Positions 21,580 to 31,829 of a stretch of 64,000 nucleotides of DNA are shown here, one piece after another; the first letter of the stretch is position 1; every line of letters begins with the position of its first letter. Under the pieces are notes generated by a model. The model saw only the letters and a list, made by a program, of their open reading frames with translations, was not told the origin of the DNA and ran no database searches. Both the position numbers and the translations under genes were made by a program. Origin of the DNA: Thermodesulfobacteriota bacterium (GTDB lineage: Bacteria; Desulfobacterota; Desulfarculia; JACQYL01). The stretch spans positions 1,056,001 through 1,120,000 of the forward strand of contig CAXXLZ010000002.1 in the NCBI GenBank assembly GCA_963675595.2. The letters run 5' to 3'.

Positions 21580-22014
21580 ATGCGAAAGACCGCTCTCATG
21601 TTTGTGGTCGCTGCGTTGTCCCTAACAGCCTTCTGGGCGTGCAAGCCTGCGGTCGCGGCCGACGCCGACCTGACTTCCCATTTGGTTCAGGCCCTCGGAG
21701 TAACCCAGGAGCAGGCCCAGGGCGGCGCAGGGTCCATCTTGAAATACGCCAAGGATAAGCTGAGCGGCGATGACTTCGCCAAGGTGGCCGCAGCCGTTCC
21801 GGATACGAATGCGTTGCTGAGTGCCGCGCCTTCCATTTCGGGTCTTGGAAGCGCGTTCGGCAACATAGGAGGCATTGCGTCTCTTGCCGGTTCCTTCCAA
21901 CAATTGGGGTTGAGCAAGGAAATGGTGGGAAAATTCGTTCCCGAGATATTGTCTTATGTGGAATCCAAGGGCGGTACGGAAGTCTCGAATATCCTCGCTT
22001 CCGCGCTCAAGTAG
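21580..22014 (+). CDS. DUF2780-like exported protein
   Basis: Signal peptide; LGVTQEQAQGGAGSIL..AK and FQQLGL..MV.KFVP; AGGAGG RBS. Confidence 0.82.
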   Translation: MRKTALMFVVAALSLTAFWACKPAVAADADLTSHLVQALGVTQEQAQGGAGSILKYAKDKLSGDDFAKVAAAVPDTNALLSAAPSISGLGSAFGNIGGIASLAGSFQQLGLSKEMVGKFVPEILSYVESKGGTEVSNILASALK

Positions 22015-22070
22015 TCTACCGTGTCGCCCAAGACGATGGGGGAAGGGGTTCTTGCGTCCCCGTCATGACC

Positions 22071-22127
22071 TGGACAGGCCGTTGAAAAACGCGATCTGCG
22101 GCAACCGGCTCTTTTCAACGGCTGTTA
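22071..22127 (+). repeat. MITE family A, minimal deletion derivative (ends only)
   Basis: GACAGGCCGTTGAAAAACGCGATCTGCGGC-AACCGGCTCTTTTCAACGGCTGTTA. Confidence 0.85.
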
Positions 22128-22207
22128 AGGGATGCCGGGACCGCCCCCATCGGCCTCTTTTCCGTCGGGGGCGGCAAGTCCCTTGCAGAAATCCGATCGG
22201 CTCCGGC

Positions 22208-23710
22208 TCAGGGTGCATAGGGCGCGGCAAACCAATTGTAAAGCGTATAGTACATAGGCATCTCGTCGGCGTAGTAGGTCAAGGTGGCGTAGCCTTCCTG
22301 CGCATCCATGAAATCGCCGTCAAGATGTGAAGCGCCGCTCAGGGAATCCACATTGAAACCGTCGCTCTTGTCCGAATCCAGAAACACCTGATAATTCACC
22401 GCATCGGAGGTGCCGATCAGCACCATGGAACCGGCTTCGTAGGTCTGTACGTAGAAGTTGACGGCCGCCTGCGATCCGCCCCGGGGTTCATTTTTCCAGA
22501 TTCCGGGAAACGCGTCCGTGGAAGCGGCCTTGAACCACCGGTAGATGGTGTAGCCGGCGCCGGCTTGGCCGTCGGTGGAGAGCGTAACGGTCGCCTGATT
22601 CCAGTCCGATTCAAAGCTTATGCTGATATGGTATCCCAAACCTCCGATATCATCCGCTTCGATGCCCTGGTCGAAACTCTCCGCTATGAACGCCCGGCAT
22701 GAAACGCCGTCCGGACTGACCACCACGACGGCCGATCCCGTTGTGTAGGTCTGGATGTACACATTCATGCTCACCGCCTGTGCCTCCATGGAAGCGTCTT
22801 TCCATATCCCGTCGGGTACCCCGTCGGTTTCGGGCTCCGATCCTCCGGTTCCGTCCCATCCCACCAGTCGCGCGGCGAGCCACCAAAAAGCCTTGGCTTT
22901 GAGCACGCAGTTGAGACCGTGTGAGTGTTGGCACTCGGAATCGTCTTCCGGGCGGTTGACGCAATCCGGATCGGTCGGATGATTTTCACACCACGTGTAG
23001 CACCATCCACAAGCGTCGTCGGTGTCCGCATGCTCGACACCGTCGGGGTCGTAGCGCTCGATATCGGCAAAATCGAAAAGAATTTTGGCGTTGGCGTCCA
23101 CGTAGTCCCGCACCAGGTCGTTGTTACGCACCAGGTAGGACGTGTCGTCGCCGTCCGTGTGGCCCGTCTGGTAGATGAAACGCATCCCGGCATATTCGCT
23201 CTCCAGTTGGTCGAGGGCCGAAAGATACCGCTGCACCGTGTCCACGTCGTTCCAGGATTGCTGACCGCACCAGGCCCACATGGAATAATCGAACAAACCC
23301 GTATCCGCCACGGCCCGAGTCAGGTCGAGCGCGTACTCGCCGTCCCAATACAACTCCGGCGTGATATAGGTGTCCGGCGGATTCCCGTCGTACATGCGTA
23401 AAACCGGGGGATTCTCCTGGGGAGGCAATGCCGCCGTCTCGGCATCCTCATTCACCGCGAAACCGTACTTGGGGTCGATGCGTTCCAAGGCGAGGAGTCC
23501 CGCTACGATTTGGGAACCATGCGAGGTGTGGGCATAATGGAACGTCAGATTCTTCGCCGCTTCAATCCACGTGTCCGGGATCTGTTCGAACTGCCTTACC
23601 GCGTTATGATCGGCGGTGATTTGAGCTTGAACATCGGCGACACACCCGATGATCGCCGTCATGACGACCAGACCCAAGCAAACGGAAACAGCTTTGTTCT
23701 TTGCGCCCAT
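22208..23710 (-). CDS. Secreted acidic protein (possible SGNH-like alpha/beta domain) with two C-terminal GIWK repeats
   Basis: AAGGAG RBS, signal peptide (…ADVQA), HTSHGSQ, MWAWCG, LFDFADIE, HS..LNC..K. Function uncertain. Confidence 0.7.
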   Translation of the reverse strand: MGAKNKAVSVCLGLVVMTAIIGCVADVQAQITADHNAVRQFEQIPDTWIEAAKNLTFHYAHTSHGSQIVAGLLALERIDPKYGFAVNEDAETAALPPQENPPVLRMYDGNPPDTYITPELYWDGEYALDLTRAVADTGLFDYSMWAWCGQQSWNDVDTVQRYLSALDQLESEYAGMRFIYQTGHTDGDDTSYLVRNNDLVRDYVDANAKILFDFADIERYDPDGVEHADTDDACGWCYTWCENHPTDPDCVNRPEDDSECQHSHGLNCVLKAKAFWWLAARLVGWDGTGGSEPETDGVPDGIWKDASMEAQAVSMNVYIQTYTTGSAVVVVSPDGVSCRAFIAESFDQGIEADDIGGLGYHISISFESDWNQATVTLSTDGQAGAGYTIYRWFKAASTDAFPGIWKNEPRGGSQAAVNFYVQTYEAGSMVLIGTSDAVNYQVFLDSDKSDGFNVDSLSGASHLDGDFMDAQEGYATLTYYADEMPMYYTLYNWFAAPYAP

Positions 23711-23805
23711 GTTTGCACACTCCTTTCGGGCAAAGGTGCGATACATCGATACGGTTCCCCTACCGGTCCGCATCCCTCGGTCCTCTTCGTAGAGGAACGG
23801 CCGGA

Positions 23806-25374
23806 TCACTCCACATCCTGAAAGGCCAAAGACACCTGCACGTGGAGACTCCCCAAATCCGGGACGTCCGCCGTCACCGTTCCCTGAGTCTCGGAGGACA
23901 ACTGAAGAGTCAGCGTCCCGCCTCGGCCGAGCACGTCGTTTTGCACCGAAATTCCGTCCGAAGAATCTCCGTCCAGAAACGCCGTATAAACACCGGAGGT
24001 CAAGATTACGACGGCACAAGAGCCTGTGGCGTATTTCTGGATATACAAATTCACAACCCCGTCCGAAGATTTCCAGATGCCGTCTTTCGGTGAGAGAGAC
24101 GGAGCCGCCCCCCCTGCTTTCACCTTCCACACGTGGACCAGGCTCTTATCCCCGTCGCCTCGAATCTCCATGACGTAGATCAACCCGCGAACTTCGTCGA
24201 AAGCGGCCGCCCCGACACGGTTCTGTTCGTTGAGGGCATGCGTGCGGTAGAATACGTCGTCGATGTCCAGATAGGCGTAGGGTTGGGGCTCGTAGGATTC
24301 CATATTCCCAAGGGCCACTGCGGCCAACTGGTCCGTGTCGAAGAAAATAATCCTGCTTCGGGCTTCGGCCGCCCACCAACCTCGATTCGCCCTTCCACCG
24401 CAGGGAGGGTTCTCATTCACGCAATCCGAATACACCGTGCCGTCGTCATAGCCGTACCACGAGTCGCCGATCCCTTTGTTCCCCACAAGGAGCACGGCCG
24501 AGGAGCTCTCGGCGGTGACCCAAACGGCGCCCTCCCATTGATCGCTTTCCGAGTACCCTTCCATGGCCGGCGACCCGTCCTCTTCCACCGCACCGTATTC
24601 CAGAAGAGTGACGTTATCGAGCGCCGTATCCGGAGCGGGCGGGTCTCCCTGGAGCCATGGACCGTAAGCGTATACCGCAGGCCCCTTGCCGCCCAGACCC
24701 CCGTCTCGAAATCGGCCGCAGGCCAACCTGTACCCGGGAGTGTACAACCCCGCCCAGGCCGTTGGGATGGTCATCACATAATCGTTCGTGGAGAAATTAC
24801 CGTGATCACCCAAGTACCAGGGTCCGGCAACCTGAGGATTTGAGAGGTTCAGCTCGCTCCAGCTGTGGGAAGGCGCGGTTTCATACTGGAAGTGCGAACC
24901 CCAGGCCGCGTGAATCTTGTCCGAACTTTGGCCGATCTGTTTGGGAAGATATTCGAGACCGCCCCGCAAGGCCCCATCACCCGGATTCTCAATGTTTGGA
25001 CGGATGTCCGCGAAAGGCTGCAGGGTCACCGCTGTGTTCAATTCGCCGAGGTTCTTAGTGGACGAAATCACAGGCACGGGAATGCTCACTTCCGACACCT
25101 GATAGTCCCAGTCATGGCCGATTCCGAATAAGGAACCCGGAAAGCCGTCCGAGGGGCCCTCGGGATTGCCGTAGGGATAGTAGGTGAGCCCTCCTCCACT
25201 CCATTCCCAACTCGAGCCGCCGGATTCATCGGGCAGTCGGAATGCGCCTCGATATTCGAGATCGGTCGGCTGAAGTCGGGCGGACCGGACGTCGGTTTCA
25301 GAGGATATCAGGCACAACACGGTGGCCGCACCGACAAGAAACCAGCGCGCGCCGATCAAGAAGAGCCGTACCAT
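23806..25374 (-). CDS. Secreted beta-rich (propeller-like) protein with one C-terminal GIWK domain
   Basis: Signal peptide, DLEYRGAFRLP, AFDEVRGLIYV, VHVWKV. Confidence 0.7.
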   Translation of the reverse strand: MVRLFLIGARWFLVGAATVLCLISSETDVRSARLQPTDLEYRGAFRLPDESGGSSWEWSGGGLTYYPYGNPEGPSDGFPGSLFGIGHDWDYQVSEVSIPVPVISSTKNLGELNTAVTLQPFADIRPNIENPGDGALRGGLEYLPKQIGQSSDKIHAAWGSHFQYETAPSHSWSELNLSNPQVAGPWYLGDHGNFSTNDYVMTIPTAWAGLYTPGYRLACGRFRDGGLGGKGPAVYAYGPWLQGDPPAPDTALDNVTLLEYGAVEEDGSPAMEGYSESDQWEGAVWVTAESSSAVLLVGNKGIGDSWYGYDDGTVYSDCVNENPPCGGRANRGWWAAEARSRIIFFDTDQLAAVALGNMESYEPQPYAYLDIDDVFYRTHALNEQNRVGAAAFDEVRGLIYVMEIRGDGDKSLVHVWKVKAGGAAPSLSPKDGIWKSSDGVVNLYIQKYATGSCAVVILTSGVYTAFLDGDSSDGISVQNDVLGRGGTLTLQLSSETQGTVTADVPDLGSLHVQVSLAFQDVE

Positions 25375-25507
25375 CCATTCTCTCCCGTTTCCAATTCGGG
25401 GAATCCCCAACACGCCGCCGTCGAAGCCCCCCAAAGCTTTGCGACGATGGAATCAGAGAGGAGCCGGGATACGGAGCCACGCCGACTCGCCGTGAAGGTT
25501 CACTCTA

Positions 25508-27127
25508 CTATGAAAAGGGTCTGATGTCCGCCTGTTCAGGGCGGCCGTTTCCATCACTCGGGCTCCACGTCGGATTCAACGGTAACATGGTCCCGCAAAA
25601 GGTACCGCTCGAGAGGATCATGGGTAATGTCGACGGAACGTGCACGGGCTTCGGCTTCTCAGTAAACAGGCTCTGGTATATGATTTTGAAAATGTCCGTA
25701 TTGTCGCGATGGTCGCCTGGAAATCGGGCTTGAAACCTGCTCGCTCCGGGCCCCTGCGCATAGATGGGAACCAGGGAATTGGTGTGGGACCCGGTCTTCA
25801 CGCAGCCCGGTCCCCAACATTCGTTGTTGAAAACGGCCCCGCCGACAGCGTCCCCCACAGGTTGCAGGTGTCCGGTTTCATGATCCGCCGTGACCACAAC
25901 GATGGTGTTGTCCCAGCTGCTTCCGTTGTCGGGATCGTTGACCCACTCGATCACGGCATGCACGGTGTTATCGAAGTCCGCCGCCTCTTCCACGACACGT
26001 CGCAGATTACTCGCATGGCCCGCCCAATCAATGGCTCCGCCTTCAATCATCAGAAAAAAGCCCTCGGGGTCTTGCTCCAGCACTTTCAATGCCCCCTCGG
26101 CCATGGTTTGCAGGGAGGGCACGTTCTGAATCAGGGGTCCGTCCAAAGAGGGGATTCCGTTCGTATCGGCCGAGGGGGAGGCATCCGACGGTTGTGCGGA
26201 AGCGGTCCGATTGAATTGCAGTGTCTCGGCAACTTGAGCCAGACCGAAAACGCGAGTGGGAACCGGGCCGCCTCTGAAGGTTCCACCGTCGGACAGGTCC
26301 TCGAAGTCCCCTTTGGTTTGGATGAAAACCCTACCTTGAAATCCGCCGGCAACCAGATCATACAACGCCTCTCCGTCTTCGTCCTCCAGGTAATTGCCGC
26401 GGTTTTCACCCCATTTCCCCCAGTCGGGCGTGACCGCTTCGCCGTCATTGTTGAAGGCCGGGTGCCCGGCGCCCATGACCACTTCCATATCGGAGTAAAT
26501 CATCTGACGGATGATCTCACCGTAGTTCTTTCGATATTGCGTTTTCGCAGCGAAGGCGGCGGGTGTGGCGTGATAAAAATTGACCGACGTCACCGTGCCC
26601 GCGGCCTTACCTGCGGCTCGCGCCGAGTCCGTAATGGTGGAGAAGTATTGAACGGCGGACGGATCGTTGCCGTCATAGCCCTCGTCTTTCGGAAGCACGT
26701 TCAGAGAGTACTTGGGGGTCTTATGCCCATTGGCCATGGCGCTCCCCGATGCGGCCGAATCCGTTGCCCCCGAATCCACGTACGTGGGCACGGGTTGAAA
26801 TTGCCATGGCGTGGTTCCGCCCAGAGCAGCATCGTAGAAACCGATCTCACTAGGATTGTCCCAGTATTCGCCGGGATGCAGGTCCGGGTCGACGGACGCG
26901 GGATTGCGCATGAACGTGGTCATGTATCCTTTATATTGCAGAGTTTCCATGGCCAAGTCCCCCTTGTCGAGATACTTGTGCGCCGCATCCACATGCCACC
27001 ATCCCATGCCGTCGCCGATGAGCAGAATCGCGTACTTGGCCGGTCCCGCGGTCTCAGCCGCACCCCCCAAGCAGAAAATCGATACCCAGAGCGTCACGAA
27101 GAAGACAATTGCCTTTGTCGTATTCAT
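25508..27127 (-). CDS. Secreted alkaline phosphatase (PhoA family)
   Basis: ILLIGDGMG, TDSAA (active Ser), HATPAAF, EGGAIDWAGH, TADHETG; signal peptide from ATG 27127. Confidence 0.93.
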   Translation of the reverse strand: MNTTKAIVFFVTLWVSIFCLGGAAETAGPAKYAILLIGDGMGWWHVDAAHKYLDKGDLAMETLQYKGYMTTFMRNPASVDPDLHPGEYWDNPSEIGFYDAALGGTTPWQFQPVPTYVDSGATDSAASGSAMANGHKTPKYSLNVLPKDEGYDGNDPSAVQYFSTITDSARAAGKAAGTVTSVNFYHATPAAFAAKTQYRKNYGEIIRQMIYSDMEVVMGAGHPAFNNDGEAVTPDWGKWGENRGNYLEDEDGEALYDLVAGGFQGRVFIQTKGDFEDLSDGGTFRGGPVPTRVFGLAQVAETLQFNRTASAQPSDASPSADTNGIPSLDGPLIQNVPSLQTMAEGALKVLEQDPEGFFLMIEGGAIDWAGHASNLRRVVEEAADFDNTVHAVIEWVNDPDNGSSWDNTIVVVTADHETGHLQPVGDAVGGAVFNNECWGPGCVKTGSHTNSLVPIYAQGPGASRFQARFPGDHRDNTDIFKIIYQSLFTEKPKPVHVPSTLPMILSSGTFCGTMLPLNPTWSPSDGNGRPEQADIRPFS

Positions 27128-27162
27128 TTGTATTATATTAATCTCCGAGGATGCTGATTTCG

Positions 27163-27320
27163 TAACAGCCGTTGAAGAAAAGCCGGTTGCCGCGGGTTGG
27201 TGAAAAACGATGACATGCAAGGCGCGCAAATCCCAAGGAAGGAGACGTTCATGGAAGTGCTCAGCAGTGACGAGGGACAAAGCGCAATGCCGCAGGTCGG
27301 GTTTTTCAACGACCTGTCTA
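27163..27320 (-). repeat. MITE family A, full-length copy, inverted
   Basis: Reverse complement reads TAGACAGGTCGTTGAAAAA...TTCAACGGCTGTTA. Confidence 0.88.
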
Positions 27321-27558
27321 AAGAATCTTCACAATGGCCATTTTACACGCTCCGGCCGCATCCTGAAATCTTTTTGAAGCGCAAACGTTCCCGTCCCCAA
27401 AAGTCCATGCGGGGAACGTCCCGGACGATGAATGTGCTTACCCGGGCACGGAACCGAAAGTCGTCGTCTCAAAGAGATTCGACGAGAATCCGGCAAGACG
27501 AAGGGACGGCACGCCTTGCCGCCCGGATGGAACCTCTCTTATGGAAAGGGATAACCGT

Positions 27559-28980
27559 ATGACTCGTTCAACGATCCTTGTCGCCGTGACGGCGGTTTTG
27601 CTCATGGTCGGGCTGCGGACGCCGGCCATGTCCGATTGCTCAGCCATCGCCACGTTCGCCGATGGTCTCGAACCTCAGGCCGAATTACATGTGGCGGGGG
27701 ACGGCAACGACGTCACCGGTACCGGCACCGCCTCCAATCCGTTCGCCACGATTCAGCGCGCATCACAACAGGCCACGGCCGGGACGGCCGTCGTCGTTCA
27801 CTCCGGGGTCTATTCCGGCGGAACGTACTTGAGCGGCATTGAAGGCACGTCGACGGCTCCCATCTGGATCGGGGGAGCGGATGAAGAAGACAAACCGGTT
27901 ATCCAGGGGAGTAATGAGGCCCTGCACCTGGTACGGGCGAAATACGTAATCGTGCATGATCTGGAGGTTCGCAACAGCACGTCCAACGGAATCAATGCCG
28001 ATGACGGCGGGGACTACGACGACGCAACCGCTTCCCACCATTTGCTTTTTCAGCGACTCCATATCCACGACATCGGCGGCACGGGCAATCAGGACGGCCT
28101 GAAACTTTCCGGCATTCGCGACTTCGCCGTGTTGGACTGCGAGTTCGCCCGCTGCGGGGGAGGAGCGTCGGGAAGCGGGGTGGACATGGTTGGCTGTCAT
28201 CAGGGGCAAATCGCCCGCAATCATTTTGAGGACATGTCCGCGAACGCCGTCCAGTGCAAGGGGGGTTCCACGGACGTTGAAATTCTGCGCAACCGAATCG
28301 TCGATGCGGGGGAACGCGGGGTCAATATCGGCGGTTCCACGGGGTTTCAGTATTTCCGTCCCCCGCTTTCCACTACCGAACCCAACGCGGAATCACGCAA
28401 CATCCGAGTATTGGCCAACGTTTTCGAGGGAGCGGTCACGCCCGTGGCATTCGTGGGCACGGTGGACAGCGTGGTCGCCGACAACACCCTCGTGAACCCC
28501 ACCACCTGGCTGCTGCGCATCCTCCAGGAAACCACAAGCTCGGGCGACTATGAATTCCTGCCCTGCGGCAATAATCTTTTCCAAAACAATCTCGTCTACT
28601 TCGAGCGGAATACCATCAGTACCTACCTAAATATCGGCCCCAACACGGCAGAAGAAACCTTCACTTTTTCACACAACCTATGGTACGCGCATGACGTACC
28701 GGAAAGTTCGCAACCCACCCTGCCCGTTTCCGAAACGAACGGAATCTACGGAGCCGATCCCGAATTCACGGACCCGGCCACGGGCGATTACGGCATCGAC
28801 AAAGACGGGCCTGCGGCTCGCGCGGGTCTCACCCCGGCGTCCACGAGCGGGGACTTCGTCGGTACCTGCTATCGCACACCGCCATCCATCGGCGCCTATG
28901 AGATTCCGGGAGCCGGTTCTTCTCCGTCAAGGGCCGTCCCCCCGGCCCTTAATCTCCTTTGTGGGGATTCGGAGGAATGA
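27559..28980 (+). CDS. Secreted right-handed parallel beta-helix protein (pectate lyase / DUF1565-like)
   Basis: HVAGDGND..GT..NPFATIQRA, GTAVVVHSGVY, Asn/Gly ladders, ADPEF, PSIGAYE. Confidence 0.85.
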   Translation: MTRSTILVAVTAVLLMVGLRTPAMSDCSAIATFADGLEPQAELHVAGDGNDVTGTGTASNPFATIQRASQQATAGTAVVVHSGVYSGGTYLSGIEGTSTAPIWIGGADEEDKPVIQGSNEALHLVRAKYVIVHDLEVRNSTSNGINADDGGDYDDATASHHLLFQRLHIHDIGGTGNQDGLKLSGIRDFAVLDCEFARCGGGASGSGVDMVGCHQGQIARNHFEDMSANAVQCKGGSTDVEILRNRIVDAGERGVNIGGSTGFQYFRPPLSTTEPNAESRNIRVLANVFEGAVTPVAFVGTVDSVVADNTLVNPTTWLLRILQETTSSGDYEFLPCGNNLFQNNLVYFERNTISTYLNIGPNTAEETFTFSHNLWYAHDVPESSQPTLPVSETNGIYGADPEFTDPATGDYGIDKDGPAARAGLTPASTSGDFVGTCYRTPPSIGAYEIPGAGSSPSRAVPPALNLLCGDSEE

Positions 28981-29011
28981 ACGGCCTGAAACGGCTCCCG
29001 TCGGTTTTCCG

Positions 29012-29440
29012 CTATACGAATGCCACCAGTTCGATATCGAAGGTCAGGGTCAGGCCCGCCAGAGGAGGATTGGCATCCAACGTGACTTCCTCGTCAGAGA
29101 TGTCCGTCACAACGACCCGTACCGGCTCTCCGGAAGGCGTGGTCACCTGCAGCGGCAGTCCCTCGGTAAGTTCAATATGGTCCGGAATGGCGCTCCTTGG
29201 AACTTTCGAGACCATCTCGGGCCTCTTCTCACCGAAACCTTCACTCGGTTCCACTCGAATTGTCTTTCGTTCGCCTTCCGTCATACCCACCGTCGCCTTT
29301 TCGAAGCCGGGGATCAATTGGCCGTCTCCAATGGTAAATTCAAGCGGTTCATCGCCATTGGAATTGGCGAATTCCGTCCCATCGTCCAATCTGCCCGTGA
29401 AGTTGACCTTTACCGTATCGCCTTGTTCCGCCTTTCTCAT
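29012..29440 (-). CDS. FKBP-type peptidyl-prolyl isomerase (SlyD/FkpB-like, no His tail)
   Basis: PLEFTIGDGQLIPGFE, LDANPPLAG.TLTFDIE. Confidence 0.93.
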   Translation of the reverse strand: MRKAEQGDTVKVNFTGRLDDGTEFANSNGDEPLEFTIGDGQLIPGFEKATVGMTEGERKTIRVEPSEGFGEKRPEMVSKVPRSAIPDHIELTEGLPLQVTTPSGEPVRVVVTDISDEEVTLDANPPLAGLTLTFDIELVAFV

Positions 29441-29949
29441 GAATATCTCCTTTTCACCGCGTTGGGGATACCGTTCGAGTGTACCGCGTATCCCGATCTC
29501 TTTCAGAAAACCTGAACCACCACTTCGGTTTCCTTACGACCTTTCAGGCAAGGATATTCCTAAGATACGGATCATCCGTATTTTCGCACTTTCGAGCATC
29601 AAGCGATTTGAGAGGAAAACCGGATGATTCCTCCGGAAACTTCGGCAACGCAATTGTTATGGGATGACCATCATTTAAGCCGAAAAGCAAGAGCGCAACA
29701 AAACCGGAGTAAGTAATCTTGGAACGAATCGAAGGAATGGAGAATATCAAAAACTGATTAACCGATGTTCAATGGTGAGACATTTGGATGGTACTTAATA
29801 TTCCCTCGAAGAATCTTACCAGCCTGCTGAAAATTGTTTGAACAATAACAACCCCATAACCATTTGTCAAATAATCTGAGGAAATATGTTCGACCCATCA
29901 TTCGGATTCTCGTATCATGTATGCGTGCGAGAAAGGGAACAAAATAACA

Positions 29950-31829
29950 TTGATGCCGTCGTAAGAACCCCCCTTTACGAACAGGGCTGTTTTTTGGAGC
30001 ATTGGAAGTTCAAGCGGCCATTGCAACACTGCCAAGGTTACTGTCATCGTGACATAGGCTACAAAGACGACGGAAATTATCGTTGCTGCCTCCCTCTATC
30101 GAGTTGGAAAGGGCCTTCTTGGCCTTATCAAGGCGGCTCTGGACGAACCTCTTGATGTTGATGGCCAGGGCCTTCATGAAAACAGATAAGGTGACCCGTT
30201 TTTTGCCTCGGGTCCACGATCGTTTCAATCCCGTGACCCGATCCGCTTCGGAGATGGTGGCCTCGATGCCGGACCGGATTTTGTAGCGTTCTTTGAAATC
30301 ATGGCTTTCCTGCTGTAGTCTGCGCTTGGAGGTCGCCATGTCCTTGCGCTTGTACTTCAGTCGATAATTTCCGCCCTTGATCCGTTTTACCGGACAGATG
30401 GGGAGAAATTCGCATAGGAGACAGTGCTCGCGGGAAAACACGGCTTCCACCGCTTTGCCGCGGTCAACGATCTTGCATTCAAGTGGCGCGTGCCCCCGGA
30501 TACAGTAAACGACCTGGGTGCAGTCCTCGTTCGTTTCAAAGTCACTCAACTGCATCTTATTGAGATCCGGCGCTTTTCCGCAAGTCACCGGAGCGGTAAG
30601 CTCGACTCCGTGCTCGTGAGCTTGAAGGATGTTCTCGCCGCTGCCGTAGCCTGCGTCGGCGAACAACTCTTCGGGTTTGCGGCCCGTTTCCTCCAGGCGT
30701 TCGATAACGGGCATCACGTCTTTCTGGTCGCTGTCATAGGAAGGGGCCACGTCCACATCGGTGATCACCTGGAAGGGATTTTCCTTCACGCAGGTCTCCG
30801 TGAGGGAAGCCTTATATCCTTTGCCCTTGCGCCCATAGGTGGCGTCGGGATCCGAAGGATTCTGCAGGGAGTCCGCAGGGATTTCCTTGGGCTTCTCGAG
30901 TTCTGTTTTGTCGGGATCTCCCTCGGTGAAACGGCATTGCTCCGACAGTAGTCGGGCCATCAGCCGGTATTCTTTCATTCGGCTGATTTCCGGATGACCT
31001 CGGAAGCGGTCCACCAGGTCGGCGAGATGGCGGGCGGACTTGTCCAGACGACGCTTGGCCCGCGATGATTTTGCATCGGCAAAATAGCCTGCGCGCTTCA
31101 AGTAGGCCTTGTCGTAAAGTCGGGGCAGTTTCTCATACAACTTGGGATGTTTCTTATGGAGCCGTTTCAAGAACGCCTCGATGGTGCGCGTAAAGAGCCC
31201 CAGACGGCTCAGATGAGCCATGTTGGAAGTGATCTGTGTGGAGTCCAACCGCTGTTTGTCCGTGCTAAGGGCCGCCGTCTCGATGATGGCGTCCGTGATT
31301 CCGGTAAAGAGGCTCCGCGCTTGCTTGTTGTCGGTAATCAAGGTCCGGAAATTGTGCAGGGTCTTCTGGCAGACGTGAGATTCAAAGGCGTTGATGTTGA
31401 AGGCATATTGCCAACGCAGATCGAAGTCCAGAGCGCCCAAGACTTCCGCATCGGTCAGGCTGTTCATTTCCTTCAAAACACACGCTCCGACAAGGATGGC
31501 CACGGGTCTGTTGGGCCTGCCGTTGTCCTCACAGTAGAAAGGCCGGAAAGACTCCTCATCGATCATGGGAAGCACCAGGCGCCGGAACGGACCGGCCCAC
31601 GTCTTCTCCAACGCCTCGATCCTGTCTGCGGGAAGGCAAATATCGTGGTCGAAAATGGTCTTTTGCGTTCTCTTAGGCCGAAACAAAACAACCCCCCTAA
31701 GGACCATATTATTAATCAAGTCAGATACTTATCATACAGGACCCAAAAGAAAGGTCAACCCATAAATGCCATTTTTATTCATATTTTCAACTAGATACCT
31801 TTACGGAGAGGTTTTTACGAACTCATCAA
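29950..31829 (-). mobile_element. Insertion sequence (IS1182/IS5-like)
   Basis: Imperfect terminal inverted repeats TTGATGCCGTCGTAAGAACCCCCC (29950) and, as reverse complement, TTGATGAGTTCGTAAAAACCTCTC (31829), enclosing one transposase. Confidence 0.88.
30010..31719 (-). CDS. DDE transposase
   Basis: GRP..P, QRLDST, SDPDATY..KGY, ADAGYGS, Cys cluster, YKIRSGIEAT.SE. Start uncertain. Confidence 0.92.
   Translation of the reverse strand: MINNMVLRGVVLFRPKRTQKTIFDHDICLPADRIEALEKTWAGPFRRLVLPMIDEESFRPFYCEDNGRPNRPVAILVGACVLKEMNSLTDAEVLGALDFDLRWQYAFNINAFESHVCQKTLHNFRTLITDNKQARSLFTGITDAIIETAALSTDKQRLDSTQITSNMAHLSRLGLFTRTIEAFLKRLHKKHPKLYEKLPRLYDKAYLKRAGYFADAKSSRAKRRLDKSARHLADLVDRFRGHPEISRMKEYRLMARLLSEQCRFTEGDPDKTELEKPKEIPADSLQNPSDPDATYGRKGKGYKASLTETCVKENPFQVITDVDVAPSYDSDQKDVMPVIERLEETGRKPEELFADAGYGSGENILQAHEHGVELTAPVTCGKAPDLNKMQLSDFETNEDCTQVVYCIRGHAPLECKIVDRGKAVEAVFSREHCLLCEFLPICPVKRIKGGNYRLKYKRKDMATSKRRLQQESHDFKERYKIRSGIEATISEADRVTGLKRSWTRGKKRVTLSVFMKALAINIKRFVQSRLDKAKKALSNSIEGGSNDNFRRLCSLCHDDSNLGSVAMAA

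Noticed and set aside
27128-27280. N-terminal extension of alkaline phosphatase in the ORF track; similar extensions for portal, capsid, fibre and 22208..24130
   Set aside because: They read through MITE/REP DNA or upstream genes; signal peptides, RBSs or homology-like motifs support the downstream starts.
29950-31829. IS as the cause of the missing phage early region
   Set aside because: It lies beyond the lysis end with a host-type gene in between, whereas early genes would usually precede terS; not fully excluded.
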